Shown piece after piece: positions 10,225-19,384 of a stretch of DNA of 49,057 nucleotides; position 1 is the first letter of the stretch; the number at the start of each line of letters is the position of its first letter. The notes under the pieces are model-generated. The model searched no databases. It had not been told where the DNA came from and worked only from the letters and a program-made list of their open reading frames with translations. The DNA comes from Archangium sp. (lineage in GTDB: Bacteria; Myxococcota; Myxococcia; Myxococcales; Myxococcaceae). The DNA lies in NCBI GenBank assembly GCA_031367385.1, contig JANLPS010000080.1:1-49057 (forward strand). Direction: 5' to 3'. The position numbers and the translations under genes are program-made.

Positions 10225-11223
10225 CTATTCAGTCACGCTGGCCATGCGAACCACCGTCTGCCCACGGGCGTGCCCCGAGCCGACGTGCACGAGGGCCTGA
10301 CTCACTTCGTGAAGCTGGCACCGTCGTTCAATGACCGGCTTGACCTTGCCCGACCCGACGAGCTCACCCAGAAACTGCAGGTCTTCACGCTTGGGCGCCA
10401 TCACGAACGTCTTGAACTGCTGGCTCGAGAACATGAACGAGAGCAGGCCCCAGATGATGCGAACGACCGGGCCAACCCAATCGCCGCCTCCGCCGGAGCA
10501 CGCCACGTAGCGACCGCCGGGCTTCAACATCGAACGGCATTGTGACAGTGACCGGTTGCCGACCAGGTCGACCATCACGTCGTACCGGGGCCCTCCCTGC
10601 GCCACATCGGTCTTCGTGTAGTCGATGACCACGTCGGCGCCGAGCGCCTTGACCAGCTCGGCGTTGGGCGTGCTGCAGACGGCGGTGACGGTCGCTCCCA
10701 GGGCCTTGCCGATTTGAACCGCCCAGGTCCCCACGCCTCCCGACGCGCCGTAGATCAACACCTCTTGGCCAGGGGTGACCCCGCCCGCATCTCTGAGCGC
10801 CTGAAGCGCCGTCGCGGCCCAAGGCACCGCCGACGCGTCGTCGAATGACAGGGCAGGGGGCTTCTGCACGATCGCGGCCTCCGACACGGCCACGTATTCG
10901 GCGAAGGCGCCGGCCCGGGCCTGGCCGAAGACTTCGTCGCCTACTCGAAACCCCGTGACCTGCGAGCCGACGGCCTCGATGGTGCCCGAGAAGGCCGACC
11001 CGGGTACTGGGTTGCGCGGCCGTGGCAGGCCTCCGAAAGGGCTGAGCCGAATCAAATACGGCTTGCCAGTGACGGCGTGGTGGTCGCCGATGCTCACCCC
11101 CGCAACTGAGACTTTCACCACCACCTCGCGCTCACCGGGGCTCGGCCGTGGCCGCTCTTCGACCGCCAGCACCTCGGGCTCTCCGTACTCGCGATAGACC
11201 AGCGCTTTCATCGGGGGGCTCAT
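10225..11223 (-). CDS. MDR-family NAD(P)-dependent oxidoreductase (zinc-independent, quinone reductase-like)
   Basis: MKALVY..YG.PEVL, GDEVFG, GAFAEY, GASGGVG Rossmann motif; start 11223 or 11211. Confidence 0.9.
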   Translation of the reverse strand: MSPPMKALVYREYGEPEVLAVEERPRPSPGEREVVVKVSVAGVSIGDHHAVTGKPYLIRLSPFGGLPRPRNPVPGSAFSGTIEAVGSQVTGFRVGDEVFGQARAGAFAEYVAVSEAAIVQKPPALSFDDASAVPWAATALQALRDAGGVTPGQEVLIYGASGGVGTWAVQIGKALGATVTAVCSTPNAELVKALGADVVIDYTKTDVAQGGPRYDVMVDLVGNRSLSQCRSMLKPGGRYVACSGGGGDWVGPVVRIIWGLLSFMFSSQQFKTFVMAPKREDLQFLGELVGSGKVKPVIERRCQLHEVSQALVHVGSGHARGQTVVRMASVTE

Positions 11224-11240
11224 GTGCGACTCCTGGTTGT

Positions 11241-11300
11241 GCTTACGCCGTAAGTTAAAGACCAGTGGCGCTCGAGTCAAGTCAGACTTACGCTGTACGT
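11241..11300. promoter_or_regulatory. two TetR operators plus sigma70 promoter of the MDR gene
   Basis: GCTTAC-GCC-GTAAGT (11241-11255) and ACTTAC-GCT-GTACGT (11286-11300); minus strand TTGACT-N17-TAACTT (11280-11252). Confidence 0.75.
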
Positions 11301-11963
11301 ATGAAGAAGCAGAAGCCACGTCGCCCGCTCACGCGCGACAAGGTCTTGGCAGCGGCGCTCAAGATGGCCGACAAGCGCGGCATCGAAGGCCTCTCGATGC
11401 GCAACCTGGCGCGATCGCTCAAGGTCGAGGCGATGTCGCTCTACAACCACGTCGAGAACAAAGAACAGATTCTCAGCGAGCTGGTCGACCTCGTCGCGGG
11501 AGAAATCGCGCTCCCCTTCGTTGGCGGCGATTGGCGAAGCGAGATGCGACACCGCGCGTTCTCGGCCCATTCAGCGCTGTTGCGGCACCCGTGGGCCACG
11601 ATGCTGTTCGTCTCACGGCTCAACATCGGCCCCAACATGCTGCGCTACGTCGACGCGACCATCGGGTGCTTGCGCGAGGCCGGCTTCTCATACCCTCTGG
11701 CCGACCACGGGTGGACGGCGCTCGACGGGTTCATCTACGGGTTCACCATTCAGAAGCGCAACTTCCCCCTCGACCCAGCCGAGTACGCCGCCGCAGCGAA
11801 GGGGTTCATTCACATGATTCCTCCCGAGCGTTTTCCGTACCTGAACGGCATGTCACAGGAGATCATCGATGGCCGCCACGACGGGTTGCACGATCTCGAG
11901 TTCGGGCTCGAGCTGATTCTCGACGGGCTCGAGCGGTTGCTTCGTGCGGCTCGGCCGGCGTAG
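11301..11963 (+). CDS. TetR/AcrR transcriptional regulator with TetR C-terminal domain
   Basis: LSMRNLA..LKVEAMSLYNHV.NKE HTH; C-terminal EFGLELILDGL. Confidence 0.93.
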   Translation: MKKQKPRRPLTRDKVLAAALKMADKRGIEGLSMRNLARSLKVEAMSLYNHVENKEQILSELVDLVAGEIALPFVGGDWRSEMRHRAFSAHSALLRHPWATMLFVSRLNIGPNMLRYVDATIGCLREAGFSYPLADHGWTALDGFIYGFTIQKRNFPLDPAEYAAAAKGFIHMIPPERFPYLNGMSQEIIDGRHDGLHDLEFGLELILDGLERLLRAARPA

Positions 11964-12034
11964 TGCAAGCGCTTTCACGAATACTCGCGACGCGCTGATC
12001 GAATCGCAGTACGGGCAAGTGCTCGAAACTCGCC

Positions 12035-13351
12035 ATGACCACCGCCCCCGAGCCCGAAGAGCGCACGTCGCCCGAGATGGGCCAGGTCGTCGGCAAGCCC
12101 ACCCGCGCGGCGGTCTCGGCGGCGATCAAGGCACACGTCGCGGTGATCAAAGGCAAGCCCTTGCGCGCGGCCATCTCTGAGCAGCTCTTCGAGAACGAGA
12201 AGCTCGGAGGCAAAGAACGCCGCTTCGTCGCCTTCGCCAGCCGCGAGCTCTCGCGGCACCTGCGCCGCGTCGACCTCTCGGCGAAGGCCCACGGTTGGCC
12301 ACCCTCGAAGCTCTCACTGCCCGAAGACCTGGCGATCTTGCGCTTCGCCCTCTGGCGCAAAGAGCTCACCCACGCCTCGGCCGCCCGAACCTCGCTCGAG
12401 CTCGCCCTGCCAGGCCCGATTCGGCCCCGCTCGCTCCCCGATGCGGTGTTGGCCAAGATTCTCGGGCAAGAGGTCACGCTCGAGCTCGGCAAGACCCCGG
12501 TCGACAGGGCCGCGAACATTCACTCCTTTCCCACCTGGCTGGCGGAGGCCATCAGCGCGTCGGCCCCCCAAGGGCAGCTCGAGCCGATTCTCGAGGCCCT
12601 CAACCGGGAGCCGTTCATGACCTTTCGGGTGCGGCCCCCCGGCTCGCGCGATCAGCTGCTCGAGGCAGCGAACGCCGAGGGGTTTGCGCTCGTGCCCTGC
12701 GCCGACGCCCCAGATGCGGTGCAGGTGAGCGACGAGCGCCGCGCCATCTTCGACTCCCGGTGGGTCAAAGAAGGCCGTCTTCAGGTGATGGATCTCGGCA
12801 GTCAGCAGCTCGCCGCGCTCTGCCGGCCCACCGAAGGCCAGACCGTCGTCGACTACTGCGCCGGAGCCGGCGGCAAGACCATCTACCTCGCCGACGCCGT
12901 CGGGCCCAAAGGCCGCGTCTACGCCTGGGACAACAACCCCAAGCGCCTCAAAGAGGGCAAGCAGCGCGTCGGAGAAGCCAAGCTTCGGCACGTCAGCTTC
13001 CCCAATGAGCCGCGCCTCGATCTCGCCGACCTGGTGCTGGTCGACGCGCCCTGCAGTGGCACCGGCACCCTGGGCCGTGAGCCCGACCAGAAGTGGAAGC
13101 TGAGCAAAGACGCCGTCGTCGAATTCACCAAGACCCAGCGTCAGATTCTCGACCAGGTCAGCGCCAAGATGAAAGCGGGCGCGGTGCTCGTCTACGGCAC
13201 CTGTTCGGTCTTGCGCGACGAAGACGAGGCGGTCGTCGAGGGGTTCTTGGCCCAGCACCCCGAGTTCTCGCTCGATGGCCCGATGTTGCGCGTGTGGCCC
13301 CACCAAATCGACGGCGGTGGGTTCTTCGGTGCTCGCCTCATCAAGCGGTGA
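12035..13351 (+). CDS. RsmB/NOL1/NOP2 family RNA m5C methyltransferase
   Basis: DYCAGAGGKT, DAPCSGTG, YGTCS and DGGGFF motifs. Confidence 0.9.
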   Translation: MTTAPEPEERTSPEMGQVVGKPTRAAVSAAIKAHVAVIKGKPLRAAISEQLFENEKLGGKERRFVAFASRELSRHLRRVDLSAKAHGWPPSKLSLPEDLAILRFALWRKELTHASAARTSLELALPGPIRPRSLPDAVLAKILGQEVTLELGKTPVDRAANIHSFPTWLAEAISASAPQGQLEPILEALNREPFMTFRVRPPGSRDQLLEAANAEGFALVPCADAPDAVQVSDERRAIFDSRWVKEGRLQVMDLGSQQLAALCRPTEGQTVVDYCAGAGGKTIYLADAVGPKGRVYAWDNNPKRLKEGKQRVGEAKLRHVSFPNEPRLDLADLVLVDAPCSGTGTLGREPDQKWKLSKDAVVEFTKTQRQILDQVSAKMKAGAVLVYGTCSVLRDEDEAVVEGFLAQHPEFSLDGPMLRVWPHQIDGGGFFGARLIKR

Positions 13352-13363
13352 TACGTTTTTTCA

Positions 13364-13756
13364 ATGCCTGACCCGATGCAAAGCGAGCGTCTCAAGAACA
13401 TTCAAGCCGCCTGGGAAGAAGCGCAGGCCCAGCTCTCGGTGCTGCGCGATCAGGTCACCCACCTCTCGGCGCTGGCTCAAGCGAAGACGCAGAACAACGT
13501 GCTGACCCGCGACCTCGACCGGGCCTACCGCGACCTGGGCGAAGCCCTCTGGGCCGAGGTCTCGAAGGGGAGGTTGCAGCTGCCCCCAAACTTGTCGAAC
13601 GTGCGAAAATCACTCGAACAGGTCACCGGCCGCATTCGAGAGCAGAATGCGTCAATCAATGACTTGCTCTCTGAAGGCGCCGACATCGCCAAGCGCCTTC
13701 AGGAAAAGATGACCTCGCCGTCAAAAGGGGTGGTCAATCCGTTGAAAAAGCGATAG
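13364..13756 (+). CDS. hypothetical coiled-coil protein
   Basis: 130-aa helical ORF with host-like codons. Confidence 0.7.
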   Translation: MPDPMQSERLKNIQAAWEEAQAQLSVLRDQVTHLSALAQAKTQNNVLTRDLDRAYRDLGEALWAEVSKGRLQLPPNLSNVRKSLEQVTGRIREQNASINDLLSEGADIAKRLQEKMTSPSKGVVNPLKKR

Positions 13757-13814
13757 TCCGTCGCGCGCCGAAGCGGTTCCAGCTGCTTCGGGGTAGCAAA
13801 AACAGAATGAATAC

Positions 13815-13887
13815 GGGGTCTTAGCTCAGCTGGGAGAGCGCCTCAATGGCATTGAGGAGGTCAGCGGTTCGATCCCGCTAGGCTCCA
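13815..13887 (+). tRNA. tRNA-Ala(GGC)
   Basis: Acceptor GGGGTCT/AGGCTCC with G3:U70, anticodon arm CCTCA-ATGGCAT-TGAGG, T loop TTCGATC. Confidence 0.97.
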
Positions 13888-13892
13888 CACCG

Positions 13893-13933
13893 AAAGCCCT
13901 TCGAGAGAAATCTCGAGGGGCTTTTTCTTTTTT
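13893..13933 (+). terminator. intrinsic terminator after tRNA-Ala
   Basis: GCCCTTCGAGA-GAAA-TCTCGAGGGGC followed by a T tract. Confidence 0.85.
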
Positions 13934-13953
13934 CGCCGCACCAGAAACCCACG

Positions 13954-13989
13954 AAAAAAGGGCCAGCCCGGTGAAGAGCTGGCCCCTTT
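13954..13989 (-). terminator. intrinsic terminator of the FKBP operon
   Basis: GGGCCAGC...GCTGGCCC stem preceded by A6 on the plus strand. Confidence 0.75.
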
Positions 13990-14012
13990 GGTTCACGTAC
14001 CGACTCGCCGAA

Positions 14013-14867
14013 TTACTTCGTCGGGGCCGGGGGCGGAGGCGCCGCGTTGCCACCCATCACGGGAGCCGGCGGCGGGGTCTTCTCTTTGATGCTGATGAGC
14101 TCGACCTCGAAAATGAGCGTCGCGTTCGGGCCAATCTGACCACCCGCGCCACGCTCGCCGTAGGCAATGTCGCCCGGGCAGACCAGCTTGGCCTTACCGC
14201 CGACGTGCATCATGCCGACGCCCTCCGTCCAACACTTGATGACGCCGTTGAGGGGAAACTCGGTCGGCTCGCCACGCTTGTACGACGAGTCGAACTCGGT
14301 GCCGTCGGGCAGGGTGCCCTTGTAGTGCACCTTGACCGTATCGGTGGCCGCGGGTACCGGCCCCGTGCCAGCGAGGGTCTCGAAGTAGATCAGGCCCGAG
14401 GGCATTTTCTTCGCGCCCTTCTCTTTGGCGAACTTGGTGAGCAGCTCAGCGCCGGCCTTTTTCGCCTCGGCCGCCTTCGCCTCGCGACGCGCGTTGAGCA
14501 CCACGTCGACCTTGCTGCCGTAGTCTTCGACCTTGACCGCGAGCGGCTTGTTCAACGCGGCGTCTTGCATGCCCTTGATCACCTCGTTCAGCTCGGCCTC
14601 GGTGAACGCAGCCTGACCCACTGGCGTGCGCTGCGCGATGAGCGAACCGAACACGTACAACGTCTTGTTCAGCTCTTCGCCCGTCGGCGGAGGCGGCTTT
14701 GGCGCCGCGGGCATCTCAGGCGGCTTGTTGGCGGCAGCGGTCGGCTGGGGCGGCGTACCATTGTTGCCGGCCGGCACCCCATCGGTCGCCTTGTCAGGCG
14801 TAGCGGCCTTGTCGGGGCACGCGGTGAAAACCACGACGAAACACAGTGCAAGTAGAGCTCGGTTCAT
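14013..14867 (-). CDS. FKBP-type peptidyl-prolyl isomerase (FkpA/Mip-like), lipoprotein
   Basis: [33 protein letters not shown]; lipobox FTAC. Confidence 0.95.
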   Translation of the reverse strand: MNRALLALCFVVVFTACPDKAATPDKATDGVPAGNNGTPPQPTAAANKPPEMPAAPKPPPPTGEELNKTLYVFGSLIAQRTPVGQAAFTEAELNEVIKGMQDAALNKPLAVKVEDYGSKVDVVLNARREAKAAEAKKAGAELLTKFAKEKGAKKMPSGLIYFETLAGTGPVPAATDTVKVHYKGTLPDGTEFDSSYKRGEPTEFPLNGVIKCWTEGVGMMHVGGKAKLVCPGDIAYGERGAGGQIGPNATLIFEVELISIKEKTPPPAPVMGGNAAPPPPAPTK

Positions 14868-14870
14868 AAA

Positions 14871-15635
14871 TCACTTCCCCTTGATGCTGATGAGCTCGAC
14901 TTCGAAGACCAACGTCGCATTGGGGCCGATCTGGCCACCCGCGCCGCGCTCGCCATAGGCAATGTCAGCCGGGCAGACCAGCTTGGCTTTGCCTCCGACC
15001 TTCATCTTGGCGACACCTTCGGTCCAGCACTTGATCACGCCGTTGAGGGGAAACTCGGTGGGCTCGCCGCGCTTGAACGACGAGTCGAACTCGGTGCCGT
15101 CGAGCAACGTACCGCGATAGTGCACCTTGACCGTGTCAGTCGGTGCCGGAGTCGGGCCTTCACCCGCCTTGGTCTCGAAATAAATCAAACCCGACGGCAA
15201 CTTCTGCGCTCCGGCCTCGGCCGCGAACTTGGCCAACGCCGCTTCGCCCTTGGCCTTTTCAATCTTGCCCTTTTCTTCGCGCTTGGCGCCCAGCACCAGG
15301 TCGACCTTCGGGCCGTACTCGGCCGCGTTGACCGTGAGGGTCTTCGCCATCGCCGCGTCTTTGAAGCCCTTGATCACCTCGGCAAGCTCTGCCTCGGTGA
15401 AGCTCGCTTGCCCAATCGGGGTGCGCTGCGCGATCAAGATACCCAATGCGTAGAGGGTCTTGTTCAGCTCGGCGCCAGTCGGCACCTCGACCTTGGGCAT
15501 GGTGGGAGCATCAGACATCTTCGGCGCATCAGAGCCCTTGCCAGCCGGAGCGGCCTTGGCCCCCGGCTTGACCGGGTCTGCGGCGAACGCTTGCAGCGAC
15601 GCGAGCAAGCACAGCGTTGAAAGAATGCGAACCAT
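14871..15635 (-). CDS. FKBP-type peptidyl-prolyl isomerase (FkpA/Mip-like), periplasmic
   Basis: Same FKBP motifs; SPI signal ending AFA. Confidence 0.95.
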   Translation of the reverse strand: MVRILSTLCLLASLQAFAADPVKPGAKAAPAGKGSDAPKMSDAPTMPKVEVPTGAELNKTLYALGILIAQRTPIGQASFTEAELAEVIKGFKDAAMAKTLTVNAAEYGPKVDLVLGAKREEKGKIEKAKGEAALAKFAAEAGAQKLPSGLIYFETKAGEGPTPAPTDTVKVHYRGTLLDGTEFDSSFKRGEPTEFPLNGVIKCWTEGVAKMKVGGKAKLVCPADIAYGERGAGGQIGPNATLVFEVELISIKGK

Positions 15636-15680
15636 TGAACGTGTCCTTCGAAAGAGAATTGCTGGGGGTGAGAGAGATGC

Positions 15681-16595
15681 CTACGACTTGAAAACCGCCA
15701 TCACGTCTTTGAGCAGGGTGATCGACTCGGCGCGCGGCCGCTGAAACGCGTTGCGGCCCATGATCGACCCGAAGCCGCCGCCGTCGCGAATGCCTTTGAT
15801 GTCTTCCATCAGGGCCGAGGTCTCTTTGGCCTCGCCGCCCGAGAAGATGACGATGCGCTTGCCGTTGAACGCGCTCTGCACGACGTGCTTGACCCGGTCG
15901 GCCATCGTCTTGGTGGGTATGGAGTATTTCTCGAACACCTTCTTGGCCTCGGCCTGCTCAATGAAATCTTTCGGAGGCTTGACCTTGATCACGTGCGCGC
16001 CCAGCTGGGCTGAGATCTGCGCCGCGTAGGCCACCACGTCGATCGCGGTTTCTCCGTCTTTCGACATGTTGCCGCGGGGGTACGCCCACAGCACGGTGGG
16101 CAGCCCGTAGGCCTTGGCCTCGAGAATCAGGTCGCGCAGGTCTTTGTACGTCTCGTTGCGGGCCGCCGAGCCCGGGTAAATCGTGTAGCCGATGGCGACA
16201 CAGCCCAGGCGCACCGCGTCTTTGACACTGGCGGTGAGCGCCGACTGGGGCTCGACCTTCGAGAGCGAGTCAGAATTGTTGAGCTTCAAAATGAGGGGTA
16301 TTTCGCCGTTCAGCTTGCCGGCGACGAAGTCGAGAAAACCGAGCGGGGCCGCGTAGGCATTGCAGCCCGAGTCGATGGCCAGCTGCGCGTGGTACTCGGG
16401 GTCGTAGCCGCCAGGGTTCGGTGCAAACGACCGCGCGGGGCCGTGCTCGAAGCCTTGGTCGACGGGCAGAATCACCAACTTGCCCGTGCCCGCCAGCGTG
16501 CCCGTGTTGAGCAGGCGCGCGAGGTTCGTCAGCAGGCCAGGCGTCTCAGAGGGGTACCACGAGAGAATCTGTCGAACGCGTTCGGTGTAGGCCAT
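15681..16595 (-). CDS. fbaB: class I fructose-bisphosphate aldolase (DhnA type)
   Basis: ILPVDQGFEHGP, TIYPGS, WAYPRG, IKVK Schiff-base Lys, GRNAFQR. Confidence 0.92.
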   Translation of the reverse strand: MAYTERVRQILSWYPSETPGLLTNLARLLNTGTLAGTGKLVILPVDQGFEHGPARSFAPNPGGYDPEYHAQLAIDSGCNAYAAPLGFLDFVAGKLNGEIPLILKLNNSDSLSKVEPQSALTASVKDAVRLGCVAIGYTIYPGSAARNETYKDLRDLILEAKAYGLPTVLWAYPRGNMSKDGETAIDVVAYAAQISAQLGAHVIKVKPPKDFIEQAEAKKVFEKYSIPTKTMADRVKHVVQSAFNGKRIVIFSGGEAKETSALMEDIKGIRDGGGFGSIMGRNAFQRPRAESITLLKDVMAVFKS

Positions 16596-16638
16596 GGCGG
16601 GCTCCCCTTGCGAAATTGCAAGCGCCCGTCTACCCGAC

Positions 16639-17226
16639 TCACTCTTTTTTTGCCTCGATTTTCAAGGGCAACGCGGCGACTTGCTGACCGGCCACAGAAA
16701 TCTGCATCGTGCAGTCGCCAGGGGTGCGAAGCATCGCGGGGGCCCACTCGACCGTCCACTCCACTTCGTCGCCGTGAAAGATCAGCTGGCCCTCCGCGTC
16801 CATCACGGTGTCTCCGCGGCTGTCGACGACCTTGACCGTGATGATCGAGCCCCGCTTGCCGGCCCCTCGCACTTTGATCACCGAGGCGAATTTCTCGGTC
16901 ATCAACGGAGTGCCCCGCGCCGCGATCGACTCGAGCGGCGGAGAAGACCTGATCGTCGCTCCGCTGCGGGTGAAGGCCTTGGCGTTCACCACGCTGACCA
17001 CCTGGTAGGGCGTGTCGCTCGAGGGGCTCGGCGCTTCAGCCGGCGGCTTCTCGGTGGCCTTCTGGAGCTGAATGTCTTTGGGCTTGTCGAAGGTCGGCAT
17101 GCCCAGGTCGATCTTCGGCGCCGATTCTTTCTTCGAGCCCTTGAGCTTGGGGGCCGGCTCGGTGCCGTACGCGCTGGTGACGGCGAGACAAACGGCGAGG
17201 GCGCACAGTGTGGTCTTTTGGGGCAT
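16639..17226 (-). CDS. hypothetical exported protein
   Basis: Signal peptide, Pro/Lys linker, beta-rich C-terminus. Confidence 0.7.
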   Translation of the reverse strand: MPQKTTLCALAVCLAVTSAYGTEPAPKLKGSKKESAPKIDLGMPTFDKPKDIQLQKATEKPPAEAPSPSSDTPYQVVSVVNAKAFTRSGATIRSSPPLESIAARGTPLMTEKFASVIKVRGAGKRGSIITVKVVDSRGDTVMDAEGQLIFHGDEVEWTVEWAPAMLRTPGDCTMQISVAGQQVAALPLKIEAKKE

Positions 17227-17310
17227 GCGAGTAACCGACCTTAGCCCTCAATGAAACGATGAGAGAAGAAGCGCTTCTTTTTTCGGGCGCGCTGCGCTAC
17301 CTGACGCGGC

Positions 17311-18720
17311 GTGCGAGCGGTGCTTTTGAGCGTGGCGTTGATCTCGGCGGCCAGCCAAGCCTCACCCATGACCTTGCCGATGTTGATCGAGCGGGCGCGC
17401 GAGAACGATTACCGCGTCAAAGAGGCCGAGGCACAACTTCGGTACTTTCGCGCGAAGTACGACGAGGCGTGGTGGGCCTGGTTTCCGAAAATCGAGTCGT
17501 ACGCGGCAGTTGCGGGCCCGACGCCCGAGGCGCGCAACAACGGCCTGGGTGGGCCTCCGACGACGGCTGCCTCGTTGATGTACGACCTCGACTTCGGCAA
17601 CCCCGGAGCGATGTTTCGGGCCGAGGCGTCGGCGGTGCTGCCGATTTACACCTTCGGCAAGCTGACCGCGCTGCAGAAGGCCGGCAAGAAGGGCGTCGAA
17701 GCGGGGCAGGCGCTGGCGGTGACGGCGAAAGACGAGGCCGAATACCAGGTCTCGCAGGCGTACTGGGGCTACTGCCTGGCGCAGTCGGGCAAGACGGTGA
17801 TCGCCGAGACGTTGGGGCGGCTCGAAGAGGCGTCGAAGACGCTCGAGCGGCTGCGCAGCAACGGCAGCGAGCAGGTCACCCAGATGGACGTGTACAAGGT
17901 CGATTATTACCGGCGTCAGGCCGAGGTGCAGGTGGCCACGGCCGAGTCGGGCACCAACTTCGCGCTCGCGGCGATTCGCCTGCTGATCGCCGCCAAAGAC
18001 GACGAAGAGATCGAGCTGGCCGCGGTGCCCCTCGAGGCGCCGAATGGGGTGCTGTTACCAGTGTCGTCGTATGTCGAGACGGCGAAGACCTACCGGCCCG
18101 AGCTCTCAGCCATCGAGGCGGGCATCGCCGCCCGCGAGCAAGAGGTGTTCATTCGCGAGCGCATGTACCTGCCAGACTTCGGCATCGCCGGGTTCGCCCG
18201 CTGGGTGTGGACGACGAACACCACGCGGCAGCGCTCTCCGTTTGCGTACGACCCGTACAACGATCTCTCGGCCGGGTTCGCCCTGGTGATGAAGTACACC
18301 TTCGATTTTCCCCAAAAGGGCATCGCACTCGAGCAGTCGCGCGCCGAGCTCGAAAAAATGCAGCATCAGCGTGACCTGTTGGTCGGCGCCGTACGCCTCG
18401 AGATCGAGAAGGACTGGAACGACACCAACGCGGCGATGACCAAGGGCGAGAAGCAGACCCTGGCCGAGAAGAGCGCCCGGCGATGGGCGACGGCCGCCTT
18501 CACGGCGTTCGACCTCGGCACCGGTGACACCCGCGAGCTGGTCGACTCCTTCATCGCCCTCGCCGGAGCGTCGGCGCAGCGCTACCAGGCCTTTCACGAC
18601 GCCCAGGTGGGGTTGAAGGCGCTGACCCGGGCGACCGGCCATCCCGTTGAATTATCAGCGAAACCGGCCCCTTTGGTGGCGCCTCCGCCAGCGATTTTAC
18701 TGCCCAAAACCCTGAAATGA
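17311..18720 (+). CDS. TolC-family outer membrane efflux protein
   Basis: Signal peptide and duplicated OEP pattern (LPIYTFGK, RPEL, YLPDF, C-terminal GHP). Confidence 0.85.
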   Translation: MRAVLLSVALISAASQASPMTLPMLIERARENDYRVKEAEAQLRYFRAKYDEAWWAWFPKIESYAAVAGPTPEARNNGLGGPPTTAASLMYDLDFGNPGAMFRAEASAVLPIYTFGKLTALQKAGKKGVEAGQALAVTAKDEAEYQVSQAYWGYCLAQSGKTVIAETLGRLEEASKTLERLRSNGSEQVTQMDVYKVDYYRRQAEVQVATAESGTNFALAAIRLLIAAKDDEEIELAAVPLEAPNGVLLPVSSYVETAKTYRPELSAIEAGIAAREQEVFIRERMYLPDFGIAGFARWVWTTNTTRQRSPFAYDPYNDLSAGFALVMKYTFDFPQKGIALEQSRAELEKMQHQRDLLVGAVRLEIEKDWNDTNAAMTKGEKQTLAEKSARRWATAAFTAFDLGTGDTRELVDSFIALAGASAQRYQAFHDAQVGLKALTRATGHPVELSAKPAPLVAPPPAILLPKTLK

Positions 18721-18799
18721 ATTGCAGGCCGTGAATTCGGTGTTGGCAGCGCGCGTCACGACGCTACAACCGCCGTCTGTTCGCCTTGAAGGAGGCCTC

Positions 18800-19381
18800 G
18801 TGTTTTCTCATCTCATCGCAGTCGTTGCCCTCGCAGCCGCCACCTCAAGCCCCCTCGCCGTGGTCAAGAACGCCGATGTCGAAGTGCAGAAGGTGCTCAA
18901 AGCCCCTGACCCGACTGTCGACAAGCTCGCCAGCAAAGCCGATGAGTACGTCGACTTCATCGAGCTCGCCAAGCGCGCGCTCGGAGAGCAGTGGACCAAG
19001 GTCTCGAAGGCCCAGCAGGCCGAGTTCAGCAACACGATGAAGGGCCTGCTGCGGGCGAGCTACGCGCAGAAGGCGATCTCCGACAGCCGGGGCGAAGCCA
19101 AGTTCGATTACGGCGAAGAGAAGGTCGCCGGCAACGAGGCCATCGTGAACACGTCGCTCGTTTCGGCGAACGACAAGGTGCCGGTGATCTACAAGCTGTA
19201 CCGGCCCACCGCGAACGGCTCGTGGAAGATCTACGACGTGGTCACCGATGACGTCTCACTGGTCGCGACCTACAATGATCAGTTTCGCCAGGTGATCGCG
19301 AAGAAGGGCTTTCCCGGGTTGCTCAGCTCGCTCAAGGCCAAGCGCGACCAGCTCGAGAAGAAGGTCGTCACCCAGAAGTAG
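18800..19381 (+). CDS. mlaC: MlaC/HpnM-family periplasmic lipid-binding protein
   Basis: DF..LAKRALG..W and WKIYDV...VSLV.TY..QF motifs; GGAGG RBS before GTG18800. Confidence 0.85.
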   Translation: MFSHLIAVVALAAATSSPLAVVKNADVEVQKVLKAPDPTVDKLASKADEYVDFIELAKRALGEQWTKVSKAQQAEFSNTMKGLLRASYAQKAISDSRGEAKFDYGEEKVAGNEAIVNTSLVSANDKVPVIYKLYRPTANGSWKIYDVVTDDVSLVATYNDQFRQVIAKKGFPGLLSSLKAKRDQLEKKVVTQK

Positions 19382-19384
19382 CCG

